A stretch of DNA of 64,000 nucleotides from Octopus sinensis (taxonomy: Eukaryota), in assembly GCF_006345805.1 (NCBI RefSeq), contig NC_042997.1, positions 68,944,001 to 69,008,000 of the forward strand, given 5' to 3'. Made by a program: the position numbers and the translations under genes. Shown piece after piece: positions 38,426 through 51,709 of the stretch; the stretch's first letter is position 1, and each line of letters opens with the position of its first letter. Below the pieces are notes generated by a model, which saw only the letters and a program-made list of their open reading frames with translations, had not been told where the DNA came from and did no database searches.

Positions 38426-39199
38426 ATGTATGTGTGTTTCCATGCTAGTTAGGTTGGTGTTAACTTAAGTATTATGAGAGCGAATTGGGGGGAAAAGTAG
38501 ATATAAGAGCCATCAAAGATTAGTCGACGAAAGAGAACATAACTGAATATACCAAGACATTAAGAAACATAGAAGTGAGAAATTATGAGGCTGAGTGGTC
38601 GAAAGTGGGTGGGGAGTAGCAAGATTGAGTGAGGAAAGCAGAGAGTGGTTACGTAGACCAGATATAATAAAAAGAAGAAATGAAACCTACTCATAAGTGG
38701 AAGATTCTGATAAAATGAAGGTAGAGTAGAAAGAGAAAGGGGTGGAGCGCAAAGAGTAAAATGAGAAACAGGAAAAAAACTGATAATGAAAACGAAGCAA
38801 AGATAGCGTGCTAGTTAAATTGTGACGGACATAATGAAACACATTCAAACACAGTAGGTGAGTTATAATAACGTAGAGGTCACGTGGAGACAAGTCTGCC
38901 GAACAAGATAACCTTCAGACATTGTCGCTGACGGACATTTTCATTCCATAGTAAATAAAGAATTATAAGGTTACTTATCTTGGAAAGTATTACGTTCTTT
39001 GCTTCAAGCGAGAAAACATGTTCATGTAAAAAGAAAGATTTGAATATACTTATCAATTACTTAATTGTTTTTAATTTTACGGCGTTCTCTACTTTACACA
39101 AATACATACACATATAGAGGTATGCACGCCCTCACACACAAGCACACACGCACAAACACACACATATGAAAATGTGAAGAGTATACTTTTATGTGTGTA

Positions 39200-39650
39200 T
39201 GACGGCGGTGTGATGGCAGGGACTTTAAGGATGCGAGCTAGCAGAAACGTTAGCATGACGGGCGAAATGCTTTCGTCTGCCATTACGTTCTAAGTTCAAA
39301 TTCCGCCGAGGTAGACTTTGCCTTTCATCCTTTCGGGATCGATAAATTAAGTACCAGTAACGCACTGGAGTCGATGTAATCGACTTAATCCCTTTGTCTG
39401 TCCTTGTTTGTCTCCTCTATGTTTAGCCCCTTGTGGGCAATAAAGAAATAAGATACATTAGAGGATCGGGTAAAATACTTAGCGGTTTTTCTTTCGACTC
39501 TTTACGTTCTGATCTCTCATCCTGACGAGGTCAGCTTGGCCTTTTATCATTTTAGGGGCCGATAAAATAAGTACCAATTGAACACTGGGGTCTCGATAGA
39601 AATGACATACCCTCCTACTAAAAATTGCTGTCCTTGTACCAAACTCAGAA
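39200..39650 (+). mobile_element. Two consecutive SINE family A copies (39200-39452, 39455-39650)
   Basis: agttcaaattccgccgaggtagactttgcc...ataaattaagtaccagt; the second copy is diverged. Confidence 0.8.
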
Positions 39651-39685
39651 AAAATAATATATCAATGCATATACATAACTAAAAG

Positions 39686-39741
<56 letters not shown>

Positions 39742-39746
39742 CTCTG

Positions 39747-39793
<47 letters not shown>

Positions 39794-40079
39794 TTATCTA
39801 TCTATCTACCTACCTATCTATCTCTTCCACTGATACAAAAACGCAAATTCCCTCTCATGAGTGATGATAATGATTACAATATAGGATAAGGAATAAAAAT
39901 ATACTGAATCATATGTATGTATAGATAAATCTATTTGAATTATGACTCTGAATAGTATGTTAAAAAATAATAAACCTTTAATACGAGAAAACTTCAGTGT
40001 AGAAAATATTAATATTGGAAAACCTGCATCCTTCTCCGTAGACATATTTGTCTCCTATTTTCAGGAACAGTTTAAGGTA

Positions 40080-41178
40080 TTGGTGAACAGTCAACGGCGT
40101 TGGGGAGCATAAAGATTAAAAAGTCTACTACTGAAAAATTTGTAAGACTGTAAGACGTGACATGTTCAGCTGCAACAAAGACTACGAAGCCGTTGTCAGG
40201 AGGAAGAGACATAGTACTCATTCTCGTTGCGTCCACACACCAGAATTCGTCCCAAAACTACAGGACAACGTGATGGAAAGTTCGAGCAAGAGAAACAGAC
40301 TTTGGCGACAAAAGTGATTGTTGGATTCACCATCATGAATGACCCTGAATGTCTCTGAACGAGGACCATCGATGCCTCTCGTACAAGAGGCACAGGCGAT
40401 AAATGTTGACAGCCAAGTGAAAGCAAATAAGCTCCAGAGCAAGCGGAATCATCATGCTGTCCCGGGAATGATCTGATTCTTCTCAGATAAAAAGAACTTC
40501 TGCTAGGACCAGTTGCACAATACCCAAAACAAAATGTGCTTGCCTACAATTCTTGTTAGGTCCCACGTACCATGAAAACCAAGTTATCTCCCAGATAATA
40601 TGGTCTTCGAGTGTGTCTCCAGTCAGGGTGATATATCATGTCACAACACATCTTTTAAAGAGGGCCTTAGTTTCAATTCAGACGGATATGCGAAGCTGCT
40701 GGGATTGTAGTCAAATAGTGGCTGGAGAGGGTTGCTGCTAGAGGCAAAACATATGTGTGGTAGCAGGATTCCGATCTTTACCAAACCACCGAAAAAATCA
40801 GAGGTGGTTGTCGGAGAAGATCTACTACTTCGCCAGCCCCGATTTCTGGTTCCCTAATTCCTCCGATTTTAATCCTATGGATTTACTAAACGCGATAAGC
40901 GACTGAAAGAGAGACCAACAAATCTGCTGGCAGTCGAGATCAAGGATGTGTTCGAAGTTCTTCCCATGGATACAGTGAGGTACGCGTGCACCAGATTCTG
41001 GAGCCGCCTTGAGGATTTGGTGGAAGCTGACAGCAGCTACTTTGAGGAAGTTTTCATCTCTCAGCCACACTCAAGTTGATATTTTAAAAACTTTTTAATG
41101 CTTTTATTTTTGGATGGTATAGTGTATTTTCTTCTTTTTTTATGCAAACTGTCAAATTGAGACCGAATGCACCGTATG
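40080..41178 (+). mobile_element. maT/DD37D-type Tc1-mariner relic
   Basis: FFSDKKNFC, TMKTK, W*QDS, NQRWLSEK...SPDFWFPNSSDFNPMD; spacing inferred across a frameshift. Confidence 0.75.
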
Positions 41179-41322
41179 TATGTATGTATGTATGTATGTA
41201 TGTATACACAAGCACACACATATATGTGTATAACTTCATGTATGTATATATATTTATTTATATATATATATAAATACAATACATGCACAAATACCCACAC
41301 AAATACATGCATATGCATGTAC

Positions 41323-41388
<66 letters not shown>

Positions 41389-42089
41389 AGCGTGTGTTTG
41401 CGTGCGCGCATAAATAAACTCGTGTATATAATCATCAATACACATACATTATACGTAATAGTACACATACTTGCATAAAAGGTTAATATCCCACTCATAT
41501 ATACATACTTAACATCAACTCAATCACCATATATACTCAAACTTTGTCCATTTATATACTATGCAGCCATGAAGACCCCATCTGCAGGCGATACATACAG
41601 TACACTGTCAACTTTTAATACTATACACAGGCACAGATACACACACTCATACATACGCACACATATGCGCACACATTCACACAAACATGTGTGTATATAT
41701 GTACGTATGTATGTATGTATGCATGCACTTATGTTTCTATTTATACACAGGCACAGACACACACACACACACACACGCACACACACATACATACACACAT
41801 ACACACCGGGGTTTTCAGTGCCAAGTACTGAATGCTAGCCGCATGCTACACTGAAACCTTTTGATATGTACTGTTTCACTGGTGGAATGCGCATCTACTG
41901 TCGTCACCGGCTGCTGCTGGTCAATTTTCAACTGCAACCGGTATATTGTGTGTTTCCTAAACACATCAGATCCCTCAGAAGTATTATCACCGGGTAAATA
42001 CCCCACAGTGAGTATGATACGCAAAATGGATATTTTATTCTAATACAGTTTCCCCCGCATTTAACATATTTTTATTCAAAATACGGCTA

Positions 42090-42562
42090 AACGGAGCAAC
42101 GATATATGCAATGGAAGGCCATATCTGTTTCAGTAAAACTCTGCACTATCACACATGGCTCTAGTAATACAAGAATGGATGGCTGAAAATTTTCATGATC
42201 ACATAAGCCCTAATGTTTGGCCTCCTAATTCCCCAGATCTCAATTGGACTATTACATGTGGAGCGTTGTTGAAAGAGAGAGAGAGAACGCCCCCATAACA
42301 CTAAAGATTCTTTGAAAGCTGCCATATTCAGAGTAATGTCCAAAATAAACCAGGACCACTTGATTCGAGCATGCAGATGATTTACATCTTATATAGAAGC
42401 AGTCGTTGAAGCTGAAGGTGGCTTTATTGAATAACATTATAGAAAAGGTTTATTTTGATCCTCATAACATTTTTTGATTAATAAAGTTATTACCTGTTAT
42501 TATATATCTGTTTTTTTTTTATTAACATAAATCTATCCTCAAATATCTTATGCACCCTGTAC
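42090..42562 (+). mobile_element. maT/DD37D-type transposon 3' fragment
   Basis: QEWMAENFHDHISPNVWPPNSPDL...HNTKDSLKAAI...VVEAEGGFIE*; TIR-like ttatgcaccctgta. Confidence 0.8.
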
Positions 42563-43272
42563 TAGTAAACGCATCTTTGGACGGTTTAAGTTCCTTTGGT
42601 GGAATTTTTTCATCAAATAATTGAAATACTCTGACGGCTTATGAGTCGCACTGCAATCTGCGTTTCCGATTAACCACGGAACAGAAAATCAAAATGAAGG
42701 CTGGTTATTGTAGAGCTCGCTGCATTGTAATGATCGTAAAACGTATAGGTTTGCAAGCGATGCAAAGTAGAGCTACTGAAGTGTTTTGGAAGTAGATTAC
42801 GGATAATGACTACAAAATATACTCGTTTTACATGAAATAGGAGGGAGGGAAGGGAACATGACCTTTCAAGTAACTCAGAATAGGTAAAGGTAAGCTTGCC
42901 AAAGTTTAATGCAGTTTAAATATGGAGATTAAGATTGTTTGGTATTGGATATTCATCGTGTAGTGTTTCTAGTCAATTTAGTCATCTTGGCAGGTGGACA
43001 GTCGAAATAAAATAGACAAAATCCTTTCACTTCTATAAAAAGATAAAAAAGGTGGGAGGACCCTACAAATTTTAAAACAGCTGATTAATGCAAATGAATA
43101 GGAAGTAACTATTGTTGATTTTCCATCTCTCTCTAAAGGCCCCAATATCGATTTTTTTAAAGCAAGCAGCCTATGTTCGGAACTGGGATACAAAGCAGAT
43201 GTGTAGAAAATTTTAAAGAAATGGGATGAAAGATGTAGAAGTTATTGAGGTACATTCAATCTTTGTACTCGC

Positions 43273-43307
<35 letters not shown>

Positions 43308-43341
43308 GAAGGAGAAAGAGAGACAGTAAACTTCCATTATA

Positions 43342-43392
<51 letters not shown>

Positions 43393-44184
43393 GCGGACAG
43401 GAAACAGTTTCCTGACGGATCAGTTCACGGTTTATCGACCGCTGTTCAGAGTAGCCATATCCATTTTCCTTTCATAACCAATGCGATAGAATTTTCAGCC
43501 GATATAGCAGTAATGATTTAGGTTAACGATGTAGCGGGTAGTTTAGTTTCCATGAACACATAGAGATATACCTGAGTGTTTGTGTATATAAACAATAAAA
43601 TATATACGTGTGTGTCTATATATGTATATATGTACACCTACACAAACTTATTTTTACAAATGTTATATACGTGCTGTAAAATAAATGTTAAAATGTGATC
43701 AAACAAAAACAAAAATAAACCACAGAGGATGCTGAAAGATCAGCTGCATATCCTGGAAAATGTTGTAAACTAAGCTCTCTATGAAAGATATTGTTTAAGA
43801 GATAATCTGAAACAATGAAAGAAAGCGGGATTCCTGTTAATGAGAAGAGAAAACAGAAATGAGTAAATGTGGATTATACCAAACTAATACTGAACAAAAC
43901 TTTATCATAAATGAAAATATATAAATTGAAAGCGCACAGATCAGATGACATGTGAGACAATGTAATCATAAGCTAATTCCATCACCATTCTAGAATAGGG
44001 AGATTGTGAGTTTTAAATGAAGCAGTAGTGTGTATACGTAAGAGCTAGTGAGAGAGAAACTGCATATAAATGAAACAAGTATCAAAGGGTGGAGAAAATC
44101 TTCCAAGCAACCGAAAACAAAACATTGTGCGGGCTCAGAACTAAACAAACATATGCATACATATAGTCATATACGTATATGTAT

Positions 44185-45174
<990 letters not shown>

Positions 45175-45280
45175 TGTGTGTGTGTGTACGTACTTATATA
45201 TACATACATATATATATGTGTATATATATATATATATATGCATACATATATGTATATATGTATACACACACACACACACA

Positions 45281-45360
<80 letters not shown>

Positions 45361-45693
45361 ATATATATCAGAGGTAATGCAGTACGATCGTTTCATGCAA
45401 CTGCCTTTAATTAAACAATGCAGTCATTACATCAATTTAAAATGCAGAGCTATCTTCAGCTGCACAAAGACATAGAATTTAATTAAATTAGAACAGATGG
45501 ATACATTAGTATAATTATACCTAAAATCTCCAAGAAGTTAAGGATATAGACAAAGAACATGCTGTCTCACTCCAGTTTAGAAGTTACAGTTTAGAGTAGC
45601 TTCTCCACTTTTAATGTTCGGATACAATATAATTCTTTTCCCTCCTAGACAATATTTATATCTACTGCATATTTTCAGTAGCCTCAGTTTGAT

Positions 45694-45750
45694 GCTGTTG
45701 TCATGATACCCGCTTCAAGTAGAACCTGAAGCGGGCATCATGTCAATGGT
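45694..45750. ncRNA. Pre-miRNA-like hairpin (candidate)
   Basis: ttgtcatgatacccgcttcaag-tagaa-cctgaagcgggcatcatgtcaa; about 22-bp stem with 3 mismatches; no known family recognised. Confidence 0.3.
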
Positions 45751-46818
45751 TACATATTTGAAGTAACTTGATAGTGTTTAAAACATAAAAGTTGAATTTT
45801 CGGTCCAACAAGTGGTTTTTCAATGTCCACATGTATCACACAAAACTATTGAAGTTATGTCTATCCTGTGTATCACTCAAGGACTTGTGGTCTTGAACAA
45901 CATCTGAACAGGACCTTCCATCACACCCACATATTTTATATATTCTTCGGGCTATTGGGATCCTGCTACACTAGCTCTGTCCCATAGACAACGATTTCTG
46001 TGTTGTACTGAGCATTTAGATGTCATGTGACGTTAACTTTGTATGAGAAGCCCTTCTACACACGCACACACACAGCTCATTTTTACAGATTTCGTCTCGC
46101 AGCTCGAGTTTCTAGTTAGGGCAACCTTCAGGTGAGAGCTCTTAAATTTCGTTATCGGTGATATATTAATATCTTTAAATGTTTGTGTTTGTTCACTGGA
46201 TAGTTAGGGTTTTGTGTTTATTGACGATGCTGTCTTTACAAGACTTTTCGTTGTTTGTTTATATTAGGGCTGTGGTGTGGTTTTGTATTTTTATAGTTGT
46301 AGGCGCACAAATGTATGTCTAATGTGTGTATTGGCGAGTTTATGGTGGAGCCCATTACATGTGTGCGCGAGGTGTAAGTAGGATTTTAAAACTATGTTTT
46401 TGAGAGAGTTTCTTTTTTTTATGAATGGGTTCTCTTTCCTTTTTGGTGGAAGGATATAAGCGCGTGCAGAAATTTTGTAATTCATTAGAATTTTGTTTAT
46501 TAACATTTATTCAAAACAATGTGTGTGTGTGTGTGTGTGTAAAGATGGATAAGCGTGTGTATGAATGCCAGGCCCATTGTGCGTATCTAGCACTGGTCTG
46601 ATATTTCCTAAACTTTGATGACTATTATTTTGCCGATGATCATGAAACCTAAAATAAAATCCAAATACGCACGTGCCGCATTCCCATGTGACAGGAAAAA
46701 TAAGACACCATCCAAAAATTCACCGGCTTTAACGAATTTACTTATCCTGTTTACAAGTTGATAATAACTTTTACTTAATCGATATGTGTTATTGCATTTA
46801 TTACATCCGTCTACATAC

Positions 46819-46949
46819 CTGTTTGCGTAATACACCTTATTATTTCAACCAATCGCTGAAATTTTGAAACTGCTCTGAAGATCTATCAAGTGCTACATGT
46901 TTTCTTCGCCAAAAATATTTGACGTTCTGTTTGCGTCACATCTTTTATA
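46819..46949 (-). promoter_or_regulatory. Candidate TATA + initiator promoter and 102-nt first exon
   Basis: TATAAAAG (46949-46942), TCA 29 nt downstream (46920), donor CAG/GTATGT (46819/46818). Confidence 0.3.
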
Positions 46950-47390
46950 AATGAGATAAATGACATAATGTCATTTAAACTTACTTGACCGTCATTACTA
47001 AGACGGTCGAGGAATTCGTTTTAAAACCAACTCTTGGTCCGCAGAATTATATGCATCTTGTTTAGGAGGTTGTGACTCAAGAATTTTTATTATTCTTTTA
47101 TTCGTTTCAGTCATGTGTCTGATGTCATGCTGGAACACCTCTGGAATTATGCATATCATTCCTCTTCTGCTCTACGTACTTTTCCATTGGTTGTTTGGAA
47201 GTACAAGCATTGATTCAGTGATCAGGTATTCCTGCATCTCACTAATAATGTGTGGATGTGTATGGATACGCGCGCGAGTGTGTGCATTTCTGTGTATGAT
47301 TGTAACTGTTGAACGAAACAAAATGGGCGCATTTTGCCGACGAATCATTTGCATGCAGCTGAGTCAGCGTATTACTAATCATATTTCTGC

Positions 47391-47436
<46 letters not shown>

Positions 47437-47985
47437 TATGTGTGTATGTGTGTGTGTATGTATATATACACATGCATATATACTTATTTATAAAAGCTGC
47501 AGAATATTCACGGGAATTGTTACTCGAGCCCGTTCGACGACCAGTTGTGTACCTATTTGTGTGCCTGTATGTGTGGGTATATATGTGTGTGTGTGAGTGT
47601 GTATGTGTGTATGTATGTATGTATGTTTGTATGTATGTATGAATGTATGTATGTAAATATATATATATATAATATATATGTGTGTATATATATATGTATG
47701 TATATGTGAATGTATGTATGTATGTATGTATGTATGTATGAATGTATGTATGTATGTATGTATGAATGTATGTATGCTATGAAGTATTCAGATGCTGTGA
47801 AATATACTGAGTGATTAAGCACACTGACATCTGAAATTTATCCTCTCTTTTATTCCTGGTCTTTCATTCCTGATGCTCGATTAGAGCGCTAATTAGTTGT
47901 GCTGTATAAGAGGATAATTATCTTATTTTTTCTTCATTATATATGTGTGTATATATATATGTATGTATATGTGAATGTATGTATG

Positions 47986-48023
<38 letters not shown>

Positions 48024-49007
48024 AGATAATGGCGTCATTGAGGCCGAAAGGTTTCAGGTAATGCTGAATAAGTGCTACAGGCAGACCATAGTTAATGTCC
48101 CGATTCGGTAATTTTGCGAATAAGGGGTTCAACGCTGGTTCTATGTCAGCATGACTATATAAGAATGTTTTCAGTAATAAGATAAAAAACCAAGGCTGTG
48201 TAGATTAGAGTATGCTCTAATATTTACACAGTCTTGGTTTTTTATCTTATTACGCAAAAAATTCTCATATATATATATATACGCATACCTATATACATAT
48301 ATGCTGAGCCATTAATAAAATGTGATATATTCGTTAGTTATGTATCTATGCAGACACTTAAATGTATATGTAAGCGGGCATATGATATCGTGTACATTTT
48401 CGCTTCCCAGTGTCAATGACACTTAACTTCGCCAGGACAGACTGACATTCAGTAAGCATGCATAGTTAGAAATTGCAGATCGTTGCTGCAAGCAGAGGGA
48501 CTACGTTAAAATTGCCGCATCCTTCATTGATTCCCTGTGCAAAGCTCAAATGGTAATACTGCAATATTTAATACAGAAGAAAAGATCAAATAATTAACGC
48601 TATTCATTGTGGTAAATATGCATATGCGTATGTGTTTACAAATGTTATTTATAAACAGAGTATACTTATGTTATTTAAAATATATCAAATATATTCAGAA
48701 TCTCAGAGAGATCATAGGTCTCTCAGAATCTATAAATCCTGCGACTGAGAGTTCTTTTGTTCAGCCATGGCAGTCTATTTGCTCAATATAAATATAGTTT
48801 TATTATGCATATGGTCTCTTCTGTAGAAAAATAAATTGAAATATATTGCGCCGGTAATAACATTAAATAATATATGCATACATAGATACATGCATATATG
48901 TGTGAGTGTGCTTGTGCATGTGTATGTATGTATCTATATATACATATATATATGTGCATATATATATATGTATATATACATGTATACATACACATATCTA
49001 TCTATCG

Positions 49008-49099
<92 letters not shown>

Positions 49100-49139
49100 G
49101 TCTATCTATCTATCTATATATACTCTTTATTTTCTCTCC

Positions 49140-49420
49140 TTGTTTCTTTCTGTGGAATGGCGTAGGCTCGAAACATTAAAGACTGTTTCACTTCCCGAGC
49201 GTTAAACTAATACATCTGTTTGTTGTCTACACCACCTGTCTTCGTCTTTTTTTTTGTGAATTATCTCCATATATATATATATATATATATCCATCTTTTC
49301 TCTCTCCACATTTCTTTCTGTAGAAGAGCTTAAGCCCGAAACGTCATAAGATCCACCGGTTTTCGTGCGTGTCAAACTAATACACTTCTTTTATTGTTCT
49401 CACACTTGCCTCCTTCATTT
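49140..49420 (+). mobile_element. Two tandem PLE-type terminal-repeat fragments with minimal hammerhead-like motifs
   Basis: tttctttctgtggaatggcgtaggctcgaaacattaaaga and tttctttctgtagaagagcttaagcccgaaacgtcataaga. Confidence 0.6.
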
Positions 49421-49499
49421 GTCGTAGTTTCATTTTGCACAATATATATATGCGTGTGTATATGTATATGTATTTATTTATTTATTTATTTTTTTATCT

Positions 49500-51222
49500 A
49501 GTTTCAGCTCACAAGCTGTGGCCGTGCTGGGGCACTGCCATTTGGTGTTGCTACATGATTTTACTTCACGAATGCTTTTTAGCAACTGCCATTAGGTGCA
49601 TGAGAGTGTTCGATGCAGCTGCGCTCATCTGCACTTCCTGCCGTGAAGTTGGTTCATCTGGGAGACCTGACAAGAAGAAATCCAGTTTTATTTTAAAGAC
49701 ATCTGCATCCACCTCATGCAGGTCTCTTAGGTTCTTCGGGAGGATATTGAAGAGCTGTGGGCCTCGGAAGCCCAGGCTATCACAGTATCTCGTCCTGCAT
49801 CTTGATGGCAAATTTAAAGTCCTTGGCACTATGCAGTGGCGCCCAGTTTTGGCATTTGTGTAACTCTCGATGCCAAAGTTTGGGACAAGTCCTTCTAGGA
49901 TCTTCCAGATGTATATTATGGCATATCTTTCTCGCCTACGCTCTAAGGAATAGAGTCTTAATCTCTTGAGTCTTTCCCAGTAGCTTATATGCTGCACAGA
50001 GGCTATCTTCTTCGTGTAGCTTCGTTGTATCGCCTCAAGTTCTGTGATTAACTTGACACTGGATGGTGACCATAGCTGAGAGCAATAGTCAAAGTGGCTT
50101 AGGACAAGTGTCCTCCAGAGGACCATTATGGTTTCCTGGTCTCATGTTCTAAAGGTTCTAAGAATCCATCCGGTCAGCCGCCTACATTTCATTGCCAATT
50201 TAGCAACATGCACATGAAAGGTTGCATCATCACTCATGTAAATACCCAGGTCTCGCACTGATTGTGCCTCTGGGATTGCAATCCCTCCAGGTCCAGTGTA
50301 TTCATTGGGTATTGCATTTAGTTTTGCATGCTGATAGCATAAAGCTTGAAACTTTTCAGCATGCTATTCTTTTCAGCCCACTTGTATATTTTGTCCAGCT
50401 CACATTGCAGGTGCTTAGTGTCTTCAGGGTTCTGTACTGCCTGTGAAACTTTTGTATAATCTGCATAACTTGTGATCGTGGCTCTCTGCGTGGCTGAGGG
50501 CATGTCTGAGAGGGCCGTTATGAACAGTAGTGGTCCCAAAACATTGCCCTGCGGAACACCGCTCACTATTTGCGTGTTAATGGAAGTGGCTACTACCACC
50601 TGACTTCTATCCTTCAGAAAGTCATGAAGCTATTCTCCCAATTTTCCAACTATGCCAAGATCACGCAGCTTGTGACATATGATTCCATGATCGACTTTAT
50701 CAAAGGCCTTTGCAAAGTCGAGATATATGACTTCCACATTTGAGTGGTTGAGCAGTCGTTTCAGCATCCAGTCATCGTGTTGTAGGAGCTGAGTTAAGCA
50801 GCTTCTTCCTGGTCGGAAACCATGTTGGGTGTCAGGCAGCAAGTCATTTTCTTCAAGGAAGGTGATTAGTTTCCTTCTGACTATTCGTTCCATGACCTTG
50901 CTGATGTGTGAGGTCAGAGAGATAGGTCTGTAGTTCTTGGCCTCCGCTCTGCTACCGCCTTTATGAATAGGGCATATTTTACCTTCCTTCAGTTTTCTTG
51001 GAAGTTTGCCAGTTTCAAGGAAGCTCTGAAAGAGGAACTGCAGTGGTCTTGCTAGGACTCTCTTACATACTTTTAGAAGGATTGCTGGGAATCCATCGGG
51101 GCCAGTAGCTGAGTTTGTTTTCATTTCATCTATAGCCTTTATTACATCGTCTTTCTTTATATTGATGTAATCAATCATCGCTGCCTCTGATTTTATATCT
51201 GCAGTGGTAAAGAAGTCAGTTG

Positions 51223-51225
<3 letters not shown>
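49500..51225 (-). mobile_element. 5'-truncated APE-type LINE (RT pseudogene in three frames)
   Basis: ATGPDGFP, NYRPISLTS, QHGFRPGRSC, YLDFAKAFDKV, SGVPQGNVLGPLLF, SYADYTK, LYSLERRRERY; (TAAA)n tail. Confidence 0.92.
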
Positions 51226-51267
<42 letters not shown>

Positions 51268-51271
<4 letters not shown>

Positions 51272-51390
51272 CCTGCTCGCCTAGCCAGCGGGGTGGCGTT
51301 ATTTGAAGGCTAAAACAATGCGAAGCGCATTGTGACCAGCGATGTGTAGCAACACCTGATAGTCTGGTCGGTCACGGTGATCACGGTGAT
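51268..51390 (+). mobile_element. Short RTE-type 3' tail / RTE-associated SINE fragment inside (TA)n
   Basis: tgtgaccagcg...ctggtc...cacggtgatcacggtgat parallels the RTE end at 61640-61706. Confidence 0.6.
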
Positions 51391-51391
51391 A

Positions 51392-51469
<78 letters not shown>

Positions 51470-51476
<7 letters not shown>

Positions 51477-51660
51477 TATTCTAATTTTCAGAAAACAAGA
51501 CAGGTGTATTTGGAACAACAAGAAGGTGTATTTAACACACAGTAAAAATGGAAAAGCCTTTGACGTTTCGAACCTACACTCTTTGACAGAAAGGATTGAG
51601 AGGAAAGAAACGGAAAGTGGACAAAAAAAATGAACCCGAGAAACCAAAAAATATGCAGGG
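51470..51660 (-). mobile_element. PLE-type terminal-repeat fragment
   Basis: Minus strand cctttctgtcaaagagtgtaggttcgaaacgtcaaagg. Confidence 0.6.
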
Positions 51661-51709
51661 ATTACCGGTTCAGCATGATGAAACATATATATGTATGTAT
51701 ATATGTATT

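Noticed and set aside
41815-42043. Overlapping ORFs with a Cys-rich frame and a gtgagt donor at about 42009
   Set aside because: Only a vague CUB-like resemblance (LSPGKYP); not supportable.
48030-48060. TGAGGCCGAAAGG resembling a hammerhead stem II
   Set aside because: Lacks the CUGANGA core and the downstream GAAA and stems.
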